Below are positions 25,209 through 34,790 of a stretch of DNA of 64,000 bases, piece by piece (position 1 is the first letter of the stretch; every line of letters starts with the position of its first letter). The translations under genes were made by a program, and so were the position numbers. The notes beneath the pieces are model-generated. The model was not told where the DNA came from. It searched no databases and saw only the letters and a list, made by a program, of their open reading frames with translations. The DNA lies in assembly GCF_963506605.1 (NCBI RefSeq), contig NC_083280.1:20708001-20772000 (forward strand). The letters are read 5' to 3'. Source of the stretch: Zootoca vivipara. Its lineage: Eukaryota.

Positions 25209-28096
25209 CATGGATAAAGGCAGCAAAGGCCAGAGAACCATGATAACTCTAAGAGGCAAAGAAGCAAATTATTTCCAAGCATGAAAGTGGGGTCTGTTTA
25301 AGTCAGGGGTTGGCAAACTACAGCCCCCAGGCCCGCCTGGGTCCTAGATCCAGCCCGCCCGGACATTTTAGAACCCGCCATGAAGCCGAAACTCCCGGCA
25401 ATGGCGACAGGTGGAAGAGGCCGAGCGGCTCTGGCAATCAAACGCTGCGCCTGATTTACCTCAGCGACGTATGATTGGGAGAGACGTCCCCGTACCGCGC
25501 TGAGGTAAACCAGGCGCGGTGTTTGATTGCCAGAGCCACCGCCGCTCAGCCTCTTCCTCCTGTTGCCTGTGGAAGCTCTGTCCGGGCAGTCAAGCTGGCT
25601 TCCGGCGGTGGCACTGCAGCCGCCATGCAACCCTGCATAACGACGAGTGGCTCCAGCTACAAGAAAAGGTGCAGGTCTGGGCCGCACTGCTCGCCTCCTT
25701 CACATGCCCCCCCCCTGTTTCGGGTAGAGGGCCAGGCCGCCTTTGCTTGCTTACTTACCCTGATATCATTAATATTATTAGTATTCGTATTGTTTTGTGC
25801 CCCCGGAAGCTGAGCGTGCGTGCGGAGTTAGATGGTGGAAGGACAAAATCCTCTTCCTTCTCTTTCTCTCTGTTTTCCCACCAGGCTTTCTCCTCTTGTT
25901 CTCCCTCCAAGTCAGGCCATTGGGGAAATAATAGTAATAATAATAATCTTTCCGCCGCTGCTGCTGCCACTGCCCTTGTGCTCCTGTGGGTCAGAGAGCA
26001 GAGCGGACGAGCTCACTCTGCCTACCCACTTTACGAGAAGCAGCAGTGGTGGTGGTGGTGGCAGCTCTTTTCCTAGGCGGGGAGCAAGTGCGTTTCGTGC
26101 CACTGCCGCCAGCCCTTTGGCGTATGAGGCAGGCGGAAAACCGAGAAGGAGGCTGGGGGTGGGTAGGGAGGAGGACTACTTGCCCCTCTCGCCTCTTCTT
26201 CCAGCTCCCTCCCGGTGCCGCTTCTCCGGAGCCGCCATTCCTCCTTCGCCTTGGCCGTTCTCTGCATATTTAACTTGCCACCCTTTTCTCTGTGGGGTGA
26301 TTGTGGGTCTCTCCCTATGTGTGTGTGTGTGTGTGTTTTGGGGGGTGGCGGGAGGATGAGCAGTGTGGTGGTGGGTGAGCTAGTCTGGTGTGGAGCCTTG
26401 CCCACTTCGATTTAATGCACACTATTTTATTTTATTTTATTATGCCTGCCCTTCCCCCACCCCATTCTTCCCAGTGTGCATAGGAATTCGTTCACCCCCC
26501 CCCAAAAAAATAGTCCGCCCCCTCCCCCCAAGGTCTGAGGGAAAGGGGACCAGCTCCCTGCTGAAAATGTTTGCTGATCTGGCAACGCAGTTTAGTATGG
26601 CCAAATCTACAATTTGTACCATCTTAAAAAACAAGGATGGCATTAAGGGGGCCAGTGTTGCAAAGGGTGTTAAAACACTCAAGCAACAAACACAGACAAT
26701 GGAAGAAATGGAAAAAATTGCTTTTAATATGGATAAATGAAAAATAGGTGGCCGGTGACAGCATTTCTGAAAACATAATTTGTGAAAAAGCTTTACATTT
26801 GCATGCCGACCTCATCGCAAACACCCCTGGAGCAAGTGCTGAGGTTGAGAGTTTCAAGGTAAGCAGAGAGTGGTTTGAAAAAATTAAGAAGAGAAGTGGT
26901 ATCCACAGTGTTGTGAGACAATGGTGAAGCTCCCAGTGCCAACAAATTAGATGCTGACTGATTTGTTTTGGAATTTAAAGATTATGTTGCGTCGCAGGGT
27001 TTCGTTCCCCAAAAAGTTTTCAACTGTGAGGAAACAGGCCTCTTTTGGAAGAAAATGCCAAAGAGGACCTACATAACAAAAGAAGAGAAAGCATTGCCAG
27101 GACACAAGCCCATGAAAGACAGGCTAACCCTTTTAGTTTGTGCAAATGCAAGTGGACATTTTAAGCTGAAGCCTTTGCTAAGTCTACCATTCTGAGAACC
27201 CCAGGATATTTAAGAACAATGTCATAAAAAGCAAATTGCATGTGATGTGGAAGGCGAACAGCAAAGCTTGGGTAACAAGACAAGTTGGTTGAGTTGGTTC
27301 GTGAATTGTTTGGGCCAACTGTGAAAAAACACCTCCAGGACAAAAATCTTCCAATGAAAAGCCTGCTTCTTATGGATAATGCTCCAGGTCACCCTCCAGG
27401 CTTGGAGGACGAGTTGTTGGAGGAGTCTGCGTTCATCAGTGTAAAGTTTTTGCCCCCCAACACAATTCCTCTCATCCAGCCCATATCTAATTTTATATCT
27501 AATTTTAAGAAGCTTTACACCAAAGCACTGTTCCAAAGGTGCTTTGAGGTGACCTCGGACACAGAGCTAACCCTAAGAGAGTTCTGGAAGAATCATTTTA
27601 ATATCCTCCACTGCTTACATATGATAGACGAAGCATGGAGAGAACACTGAAGGCAGCATGGAAGAAATTGTGGCCAGAAGCTGTCGCAGAACATGTAATG
27701 GAGGCTGCTGAAGAGGATGCTCCTCTTGTTGAGGATATTGTGTCTCTGGGAAATTCCATGGGCTTGGAAGTGAGTGGTGCTGATGTGGAGGAGCACAGGA
27801 CTGCGCTCACCACAGAAGAACTTCAAAACATTCTGACAGAGCAGCAAAAGGTGGCAAATGAGGAAATATCTTCAGAGGAAGAGGAGAGCAGAGAAAGTCT
27901 ATCTACAGCAACAATCAAAGAAATGTTTGCAAAATGGGCTGAAGTGCAAACCATTGCTGAAAAATACGACCCTGATAAAGCTGCTGTAAGTCATGCCACT
28001 AACACCTTCAATGATAACGTAATGTCTCTCTTTAGACAAGTTTTAAAACATCGGCAAAAGCAAGTCTCAATTTTTGGTAAGGAAAAGATCCAGTGA
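25209..28096 (+). pseudogene. Tigger transposase pseudogene (CENP-B HTH plus DDE_1 domain), frameshifted and interrupted by a hAT insertion
   Basis: Pieces: MDKGSKGQRTMITL..., DLATQFSMAKSTICTILKNK, VFNCEETGLFWKKMPKRTYI...KPMKDRLTLLVCANASG, LLLMDNAPGHP, FLPPNTIPLIQP, LKAAWKKLWP. Spread over several frames with stops. Confidence 0.92.
25304..26577 (+). mobile_element. Non-autonomous hAT-type element nested in the Tigger transposase
   Basis: Starts caggggttggcaaacta and ends ...aaggtctgaggga...ccctgctgaaaatgtttgctga, the same termini as the 23211-23509 element. Transposase coding sequence resumes immediately after it. Confidence 0.8.
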
Positions 28097-28939
28097 GTCT
28101 GAACCAGGTGGCAGTGGTGTAGGTGGCAGTGGTGTAAAAAAAGCAAGGGAAGGAATGGCAGGAGAGGAGTCACCAATTGTGAATCTGGAAGAGGACCCCG
28201 ACCCCCCATCCAAACAATGACTATCATTAGTGCAGGTAAGGAAAGAAAAAAATCACATTTTCATTTTTTTAAATCATCAATACTGTTTTATTGATTGTAC
28301 AGTACAGTACAGTGTTTATTGCTTTCATTTTTCTGGATCAATGGCCTCATTATAGTAAAATTCCTGTTAAATTGCTGTTTTGGGGGTTGTTTTTCATCAT
28401 TGGGAACAGATTAATCAGTTTTCTCTTACTTTCTATGGGAAAGTACACCTTGGTTTAATAACACTTTGGTTTAAGAACCGACTTCCGGAACGGATTAAGT
28501 TCGTAAACCAAGGTACCACTGTAATGAGGGTGCCAGGCGAGCCTCCTGGGGGAGAGCATTCATGTTTCCACCCTCCGGACCTCTCGTGGAGTTGTCTATG
28601 CAGGAGAAGACTATGTAAAATTTTATATAGGAAGGATACCTCAGTGAACACAATGCCTGGTCAATGCACCCAAAAAGTAAGATGTGCTGCAATCAGGAAA
28701 GCTAGTATATCAGGAAGAAGTGTGCCTTCATCCCAACATGCTACTTTGATTTATCAGAGAACACAGACATGGAATCTGCCCTCTGTATTCTAAAATGGGA
28801 AAAAAGATCTACATTTTTTTAGTAACTAAACAAACAGGACTAGTAGTGAAATGTATCTGTGTGGAAAGCTCCTGTCCAAGGTCCCATCCAGCCATGCCCT
28901 CCTCTGGGATACGCCATTCTCCCTCCCCTCTGGTTTTCT

Positions 28940-29850
28940 CCCCCCCCCCAGTCCATCTTTTTATTTTTTTAAAAAAATTCTGACATTACAGAACTAAACT
29001 TAAATGTATTAATTCCACTCTTACATCTCATGACATAACAGAAAAACTTCATGAGCCAAGAAAGGGGAAGAAGCTTATAAACTAAAATATGAATCAGCTT
29101 TATACATCTGAATAGAGAAAGGGAATTAAAATTCTGCAATTAAAAAAAACGAGTGGATGGGTAAAGCATGTAGAACTGAAAATTTACAAACTAGTCAAAA
29201 CCTGGAATCGCTGACTGCTCAGAAACTACACAGATGGATCATGGGGATGAACAGCAGAAACGGGTAATGAGTGAGGCGACTGCATTGTCCTAGATGGTTC
29301 CCATTCCACCAGTCTCCAAAGAAAGCCTGATATTAATTAGATATTGAGCCAGGCTAATGCTGGCTGCAGATCCAGTTATGGTAACCTGCCTGTCAGTAGA
29401 TCCTTCCACTGGATTGGCAATTTTGATCTGCGCCCCAGACATCTGGCGAATCTCATTGATCTTGGCGCCTTGACGCCCAATGATGCATCCAATCAGATCA
29501 TTTGGAATGGTGAGTTCATGAGAAATAGTTTGAGCTGATGCATCCAAACCATGGAATCCAGTGTTGCCATGAGACATTGGTAAGTGTGACTGTTGCATTG
29601 CCAACTGGTGCAGCTTGCTCAGATCTGGCTGTGGCATGGCATACTGTCCTTGAATGGTATAGGCCTCTTGAGGTGGTCCCTCCAGGTCAGAGTTGAGGCA
29701 CATTGATGGGGTGGTGTGGAGGTAACTTGCACTGCCGCTGCTGTACCTGTCCTGACCGCCTGCAAAGATGACAGGAGAACTGGATGGCTTGGGTCGGTAG
29801 GGGATGGTGACACCCTTTGGGGGAGACTCCAGCATGACCACACATGACTG
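28940..29850 (-). pseudogene. PCBP2: Processed (intronless) 5'-truncated retrocopy of PCBP2 (poly(rC)-binding protein 2): linker, KH3 domain and about 350 nt of 3'UTR
   Basis: Translation CVVMLESPPKGVTIPYRPKPSSSPVIFAGGQ...HELTIPNDLIGCIIGRQGAKINEIRQMSGAQIKIANPVEGSTDRQVTITGSAASISLAQYLIN is PCBP2 with several exons fused and no introns. Downstream sequence resembles the PCBP2 3'UTR (gatccatctgtgtagtttctg...cagcgattccagg). Flanked by the exact 18-bp direct repeat cctcccctctggttttct at 28922-28939 and 29851-29868. Confidence 0.95.
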
Positions 29851-29874
29851 CCTCCCCTCTGGTTTTCTGTCCAT
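29290..29874 (-). CDS. Uninterrupted 194-aa chimeric ORF (host-derived MDRKPEGR plus PCBP2 linker/KH3); possible retrogene, expression unknown
   Basis: ORF track shows no stop or frameshift. The KH GxxG loop (GRQG) is intact. The ATG lies outside the 5' TSD. Confidence 0.3.
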   Translation of the reverse strand: MDRKPEGRQSCVVMLESPPKGVTIPYRPKPSSSPVIFAGGQDRYSSGSASYLHTTPSMCLNSDLEGPPQEAYTIQGQYAMPQPDLSKLHQLAMQQSHLPMSHGNTGFHGLDASAQTISHELTIPNDLIGCIIGRQGAKINEIRQMSGAQIKIANPVEGSTDRQVTITGSAASISLAQYLINIRLSLETGGMGTI

Positions 29875-30164
29875 CTACTGCAACCATGCATAACATTGCC
29901 CACTGAACTGTTTCTGGTGCCCCTCTTAGGCTTTTTCTTTTTTAAAGTAATTCTACAAACCTTGGGTCAAGCCTGCTGGTGCATGGAGGCTGCAGGATGG
30001 GGGCTAGCAAGACTGAATTCTCTTCAATATAAATAAAATAATATTCTTTGAACTAAGTATCAGAGAGAAGGCTGCATTAGAATCCTGCTAGTTCCAGCCA
30101 TTCTATGTGCAGGACACCTACACCTACACCTACACCTACCCCTATCCCTATCTCTGAAGGATCT

Positions 30165-30445
30165 GCAACATGGAGGTTGGAGCAAGCTTGTTTTCTCCTG
30201 CTCTGGAGGGTAGAACCCAAACCAATGGATTCAAGTTATAAGGAGATTCCCACTAAACACCAGGAAGAACTTTCTAATAATAAGAGCTGTTCAACAGTGG
30301 AACAGTCCCCCGTGAGAGGTGGTGGACTCTCCTTCACTGGAGGTTTTTAAACAGAGGTTGGATGGCCATCTGTCATGGATGATCTAGTTGAGATTCCTGC
30401 CTTGCAAGGGGTTGGACTAGAAGACCCTTGTTTCTATGATTCTAG
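30165..30445 (+). mobile_element. CR1 LINE 3' end
   Basis: aggaagaactttct...cagtggaac...ggactctccttcactggaggtttttaaacagaggttggatggccatctgtc...gggttggactag...ttctatgattct (CR1 octamer tail). Confidence 0.88.
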
Positions 30446-33361
30446 GACAGAGTGCAGAAGCACCTTGATGAGTCATTTCTATCTGTAGAATGGTACTAAA
30501 AATCACCTTACATCATAGGTCTCATTGTCAGAATAACAAAGAGAACGGTGTGCTTAAAAACTTACATGTTACACAAAGCATTAACTGCATGAATGATACA
30601 GATTGCAACTGGAATGTCCATACTCTCCAGATTCTTAATTTCTTACTTAAAGAAAAACATCCTGAAGGTGCTAGATGCAGCCCTTCAGTATTGTATTAAA
30701 GATATTACTATATGAATCTGAAACAATTATTTACAAATGTTACTTATAAATATTTTGAAACTACAGTTATCTTCCCTAAAGAACAATTTAGTAAACATTC
30801 TGCTGATTTGTACTCACCCTTTCTTTCTGCTCCCGTGGGCTTTATTTCCAAGCCTACTCAATATAATGTTTTCCAAGCAAGGACCATGTGAATTGTTCAT
30901 ATAAATGGAGCAAATTAAACTGTCTCCACATATATCCTATCACATTTGTAGCCCTGATTTCTCTCCTTAACACGTGGCCAAGACAGCGTATTATCTCCCT
31001 GCAGAGGTTGACCTCAGGATATTAGATTCTGCCACACAGCTCTCTTGTACTAAACTGAGGGGAAACACTTAATCACCCCTGCCTTTTCAGGGAAAAATCA
31101 ACTTTAAATTTGCCATGATGAAAAATCAATAAAGCAGTAATTGCTTGGCTTATCATTGTGTGGAGGAACAAATTGGGAAGCGAAGCTTAGCGTCCACACA
31201 GATTTCAGTGAAACACATGGAGTTTCAGGATCACTAAGCTAGAAAAGGGAAAGGTCTCAGAGCGATAATTAAATCTACTCATGCTGATTTTCTGCCAAAT
31301 TTATTTCCCAAGTGTATATAACATGTTTCACTGCTTACTAGCTAGGCATAACTAATCAATTCAACACTGGGCCAACACACATGAGAAACAAAAATGCAAA
31401 TTCAAGAATGAAGGCATCAGGATAACATATTCATTTAGCATTAGTCAATATTATTTCTTGAATTCAAAGAAACGAGTCCTTATTTCACTCTAACCCTTTG
31501 ATATTTAAGATCACTTTTTACAAATGTCTTTTCCCTATAATCCCCTCTAAATCTTTTACACACTGATTCATTCCTGGTACCAAAATAGTGTTATCACTGT
31601 CAGATACTTTAATCATCTTTCACTTCACATTTTTCAAATTGTATGTTTTCATAAGCAGCTCCATTTTAATAAATCAAGAAAACTTTTAATTGTATTATGC
31701 ATGATATATTAAAGTCAACCGTTTAAGCATCTCACAGCAGTAATCCAACATGCCTGGTTTTAATATGGAAAAGTACCATTTTCTTCTTCAGCAGTATTTA
31801 TATCGCACCTTATCACAGTGCTCTTGTGGCTACATATTTAATTTACTTTGAGTTTGACTAGCCAGGCCTAGAATTTAAAGAAAATCAGGTCTGCCAATAA
31901 ACCTGTCATAAATCCTGATGCCATCATAAATAAAATTTAAATGCTGTTTTCAGTTAGCCCCAAATTAAAACACCCTCTGCCATTGAAAACATTCTTGTAA
32001 AAGTGGTGTATTTTTATTAATAGACCTAATTTTATGCAGAAAATTAGCATAGCTCCAATGGAGGTGCAATTTGGCTCTGTCAAATTCAAATTAGATGGGG
32101 GAAATCTCTCACACCTCCCCTCCTCTGCTACAAAAATTATTTTTGTGAGGGAGTCCTTCAACTGGTTATAGGGACTGTGATAATTAAAACATTTAAAGTA
32201 GCACAAGCCCCCTAGTCTCTAATCTGTAGCTCAGGTCAGCTGTCTGTAAATTCTAATTTGTCCTCCATTTGTATTCATGACAGGAAAATGCCGCATATGT
32301 AACAGCAAACCAGCAGGAGGGTGTAGTGGTGGGCTTGGAGGTCAAATAATTTGATTTCTGAGCAGATTACATGTAACATCCAACATCTAATCTCACACCT
32401 GATTTGGCAATAAAATTATAATAAAAGTAATGTTAAGACACCATTACTAAGGGGCAGATAAAAGAACAACCTTTCTTCATGTGCTGGAAAACAATATGCT
32501 TCTTTATACCACATATTTTCCTTAGCAATGCAGTCAAGGTAGGTTTTTTAAAACTGTCCATTTCCAGAATCCTGCTACTTTCCAAAGTGCTCCTTTTAAG
32601 ACTTGAGAGAGGGGCAGGGCAATTTCTGGCATTTATTTTAAAATGCATAGGGAATAAAAGCTAAGCATCCTATGAATTGGTAATTTCAATTACAAATCAG
32701 TATTTCTTTTCGACTAATATTTTTTGCTGGCTGTAGAGAGTTTATAAACTACCGGTATATGAAGCTGTATCCAATGTTAGTTCTACACAGAGTAAGCCCA
32801 TTAAAATTATGCACATGACTAACTTAAATCCATAAATTTCACTGCGTCTACTCTGTGTATAACTTAGTTAAATACAACCAGTATTCAGATAAAATACGAC
32901 TAATGTGTGTGTGTGTGGGGGGGGAGTTCAACAAAAGTTAAAAATAGTAAGACAATAATTATTCCTCATATTTCCTTCAGATATTAACTTTCATACATCT
33001 AGCTTTGCCAAAAGCACCTATAAGAATTTTGTGGTTATCTGATTTTCTTCCCCCTCCTACACCAATTAAATAATTTTCTAACATGCTAATTCCTTGAAAT
33101 CATTTCAAAAGGTCTTTTGGCCTCAACCTGGATTGCATTTCAGATTATTTTTCAAGCAAATTACATCAGCAGAATTCTTAATACTGTCAGTATCTGTTAC
33201 TGAACCAGTGGCAGAATTTGTTACAAAATTCAATCTTCAAACAGGGACATATTTTCAAAAATACAGGAAACTATTGTTTCCCCTGCTGGTGAAAGTTCAC
33301 GCTGTAAGCTCTGAGGGGCAAAAACCTGTTTTTTAGTTATATTACTTTTAAAGAACTATGC

Positions 33362-33495
33362 CAGCCTTCTTTAACTTGGTGTCCTCTAGATATTCTGGAC
33401 TACAATTCTCATGAGTCTCAGACAGCATGGTTGTGCTGATTGAGGTTGAGGCAGATTGGCAGTTGTCCTGAAAAACACTAGGTTGGAAAAGGCTG
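33362..33495. mobile_element. Degenerate URR1-like MITE
   Basis: cagccttct...ggactacaattctcat...ggttggaaaaggctg inverted ends. Confidence 0.55.
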
Positions 33496-34034
33496 CACCA
33501 TGTACACTGATGACTATGTACATTTACTGGCAATGCCAGGTATTGTCTTATTTCCTGCCCCCACATAAATGACTGCAAAATCCTGGCACACCTTTTACTT
33601 TCCTTGCTGGAAGGACTTCCCCTCATTGACATTCAACTCCCTCTTGCAAGATCCCTTTAGAGATGCCATACTCCCTTTACCTCAAAAGTGCCCTCAGTTA
33701 ATTATAATTTCTATCTGCTTTGTTAATCTTTACTGGCTCTGTTGGATAGCTCAGAGACAGAACCTTTCAGCAGTGTATAGTCCTATTGGTCACTTCCACC
33801 CAACCAACTTCCTGGGGGCTCTATGGCTGGTGCTAAATTGTGGTCATCAGATTTGGTGGTGGGGTGTATGTATCTGGTTCCTTTTAATTCAGTTAAGGAT
33901 ATGAGTGAAATATGCTTGGACTCTGAAGTGGTCACAATAGGACCAATGTAATTTGTGTCTTCCTCCAGATTTCTTTGCATGCTGGATGGCATTACACTGG
34001 AAACTGTGATGGAGCCATCACTTCGAGATAAGGA

Positions 34035-34527
34035 TGTAAGAACCTATCAGATCAGGCTGCTGGCCCATCTGATCCACCATCTTGTTCTTACAGTGACTGA
34101 CCAGATGACTATGCCAAGATCAACAGCAGGACCTAAGCACAACACTACCCACTCCTAGTAGGAGTGGCTGCCGAGACCATATAACACTGGTCCTGAAAGA
34201 CCTTCATTGGCTCCCAGTACATTTCCGAGCACAATTCAAAATGTTGTTGCTGACCTTTAAAGCCCTAAATGGCCTCGGTCCTGTATACCTGAAGGAGTGT
34301 CTCCACCCCCATCTTTCAGCCTGGACATTGAGGTCCAGCTCCGAGGGCCTTTTGGCGGTTCCCTAACTGAGAGAAATGAGGTTACAGGGAACCAGGCAGA
34401 GAGCCTTCTCAGTAGTGGCGCCCGCCCTGTGGAATACCCTCCCATCAGATGTGTTTTTAATATTCTGTTGGGAGCCGCCCAGAGTGGCTGGGGAAACCCA
34501 GCCAGATGGGCGGGGTATAAATAATAA

Positions 34528-34572
<45 letters not shown>

Positions 34573-34790
34573 TCCACTTCTGACAGTGGTATAGAAAATA
34601 GTTATCACGGCTAGTAGCCTTTGATGTCTCTTATCCTCCAATAACTTGTCTAGCCCTCTTTCAAAGTTACTCAAGGTGATGACCATCACTATTTGTTGTG
34701 GAAGTAAATTCCATATTTTAATCAGGTGCTGTGTGAAGAAGCACTATGTGTTGTCTGTCCTGCATCTTCCAACGTTCAGCATCACTGGAT
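34035..34790 (-). mobile_element. CR1-type LINE remnant split by the L2 insertion
   Basis: gatcaggctgctggcccatct before the L2, and ...ttatcctcca...ccatcacta...aattccata...tgtgtgaagaag after it (minus-strand FERGLDKLLED). Confidence 0.65.
34165..34572 (+). mobile_element. L2-clade LINE 3' end with (ATT)n tail, nested in a CR1 remnant
   Basis: Same family as 3195-3645 (cattggctcccagtacatttccgagcacaattcaaa...gccagatgggcggggtataaataataa). Confidence 0.85.

Larger units (their letters stand above)
24459..28521 (+). mobile_element. Full-length decayed Tigger/pogo (Tc1-mariner superfamily, TIGD1-like) DNA transposon
   Basis: TIRs cagtggtaccttggcttacgaac and gttcgtaaaccaaggtaccactg. TA TSDs at 24457-24458 and 28522-28523. 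Internal frameshifted transposase. Confidence 0.93.

Noticed and set aside
24691-26405. Cluster of long overlapping ORFs (197, 185, 175 aa etc.)
   Set aside because: GC-rich transposon interior with few stop codons and no recognisable domain, apart from the last codons of 24691..25284 that belong to the Tigger N-terminus.
25209-28096. Domesticated TIGD1-like gene
   Set aside because: Multiple frameshifts and stops, a nested insertion, lost catalytic aspartates and retained TIRs show a dead transposon.
29851-29900. In-frame RSRC1-PCBP2 fusion by splicing the 69-bp exon into the retrocopy
   Set aside because: The exon ends in phase 1. The AGs just before the ATG give the wrong frame, and the nearest in-frame AG (aaaaccag) has no pyrimidine tract.
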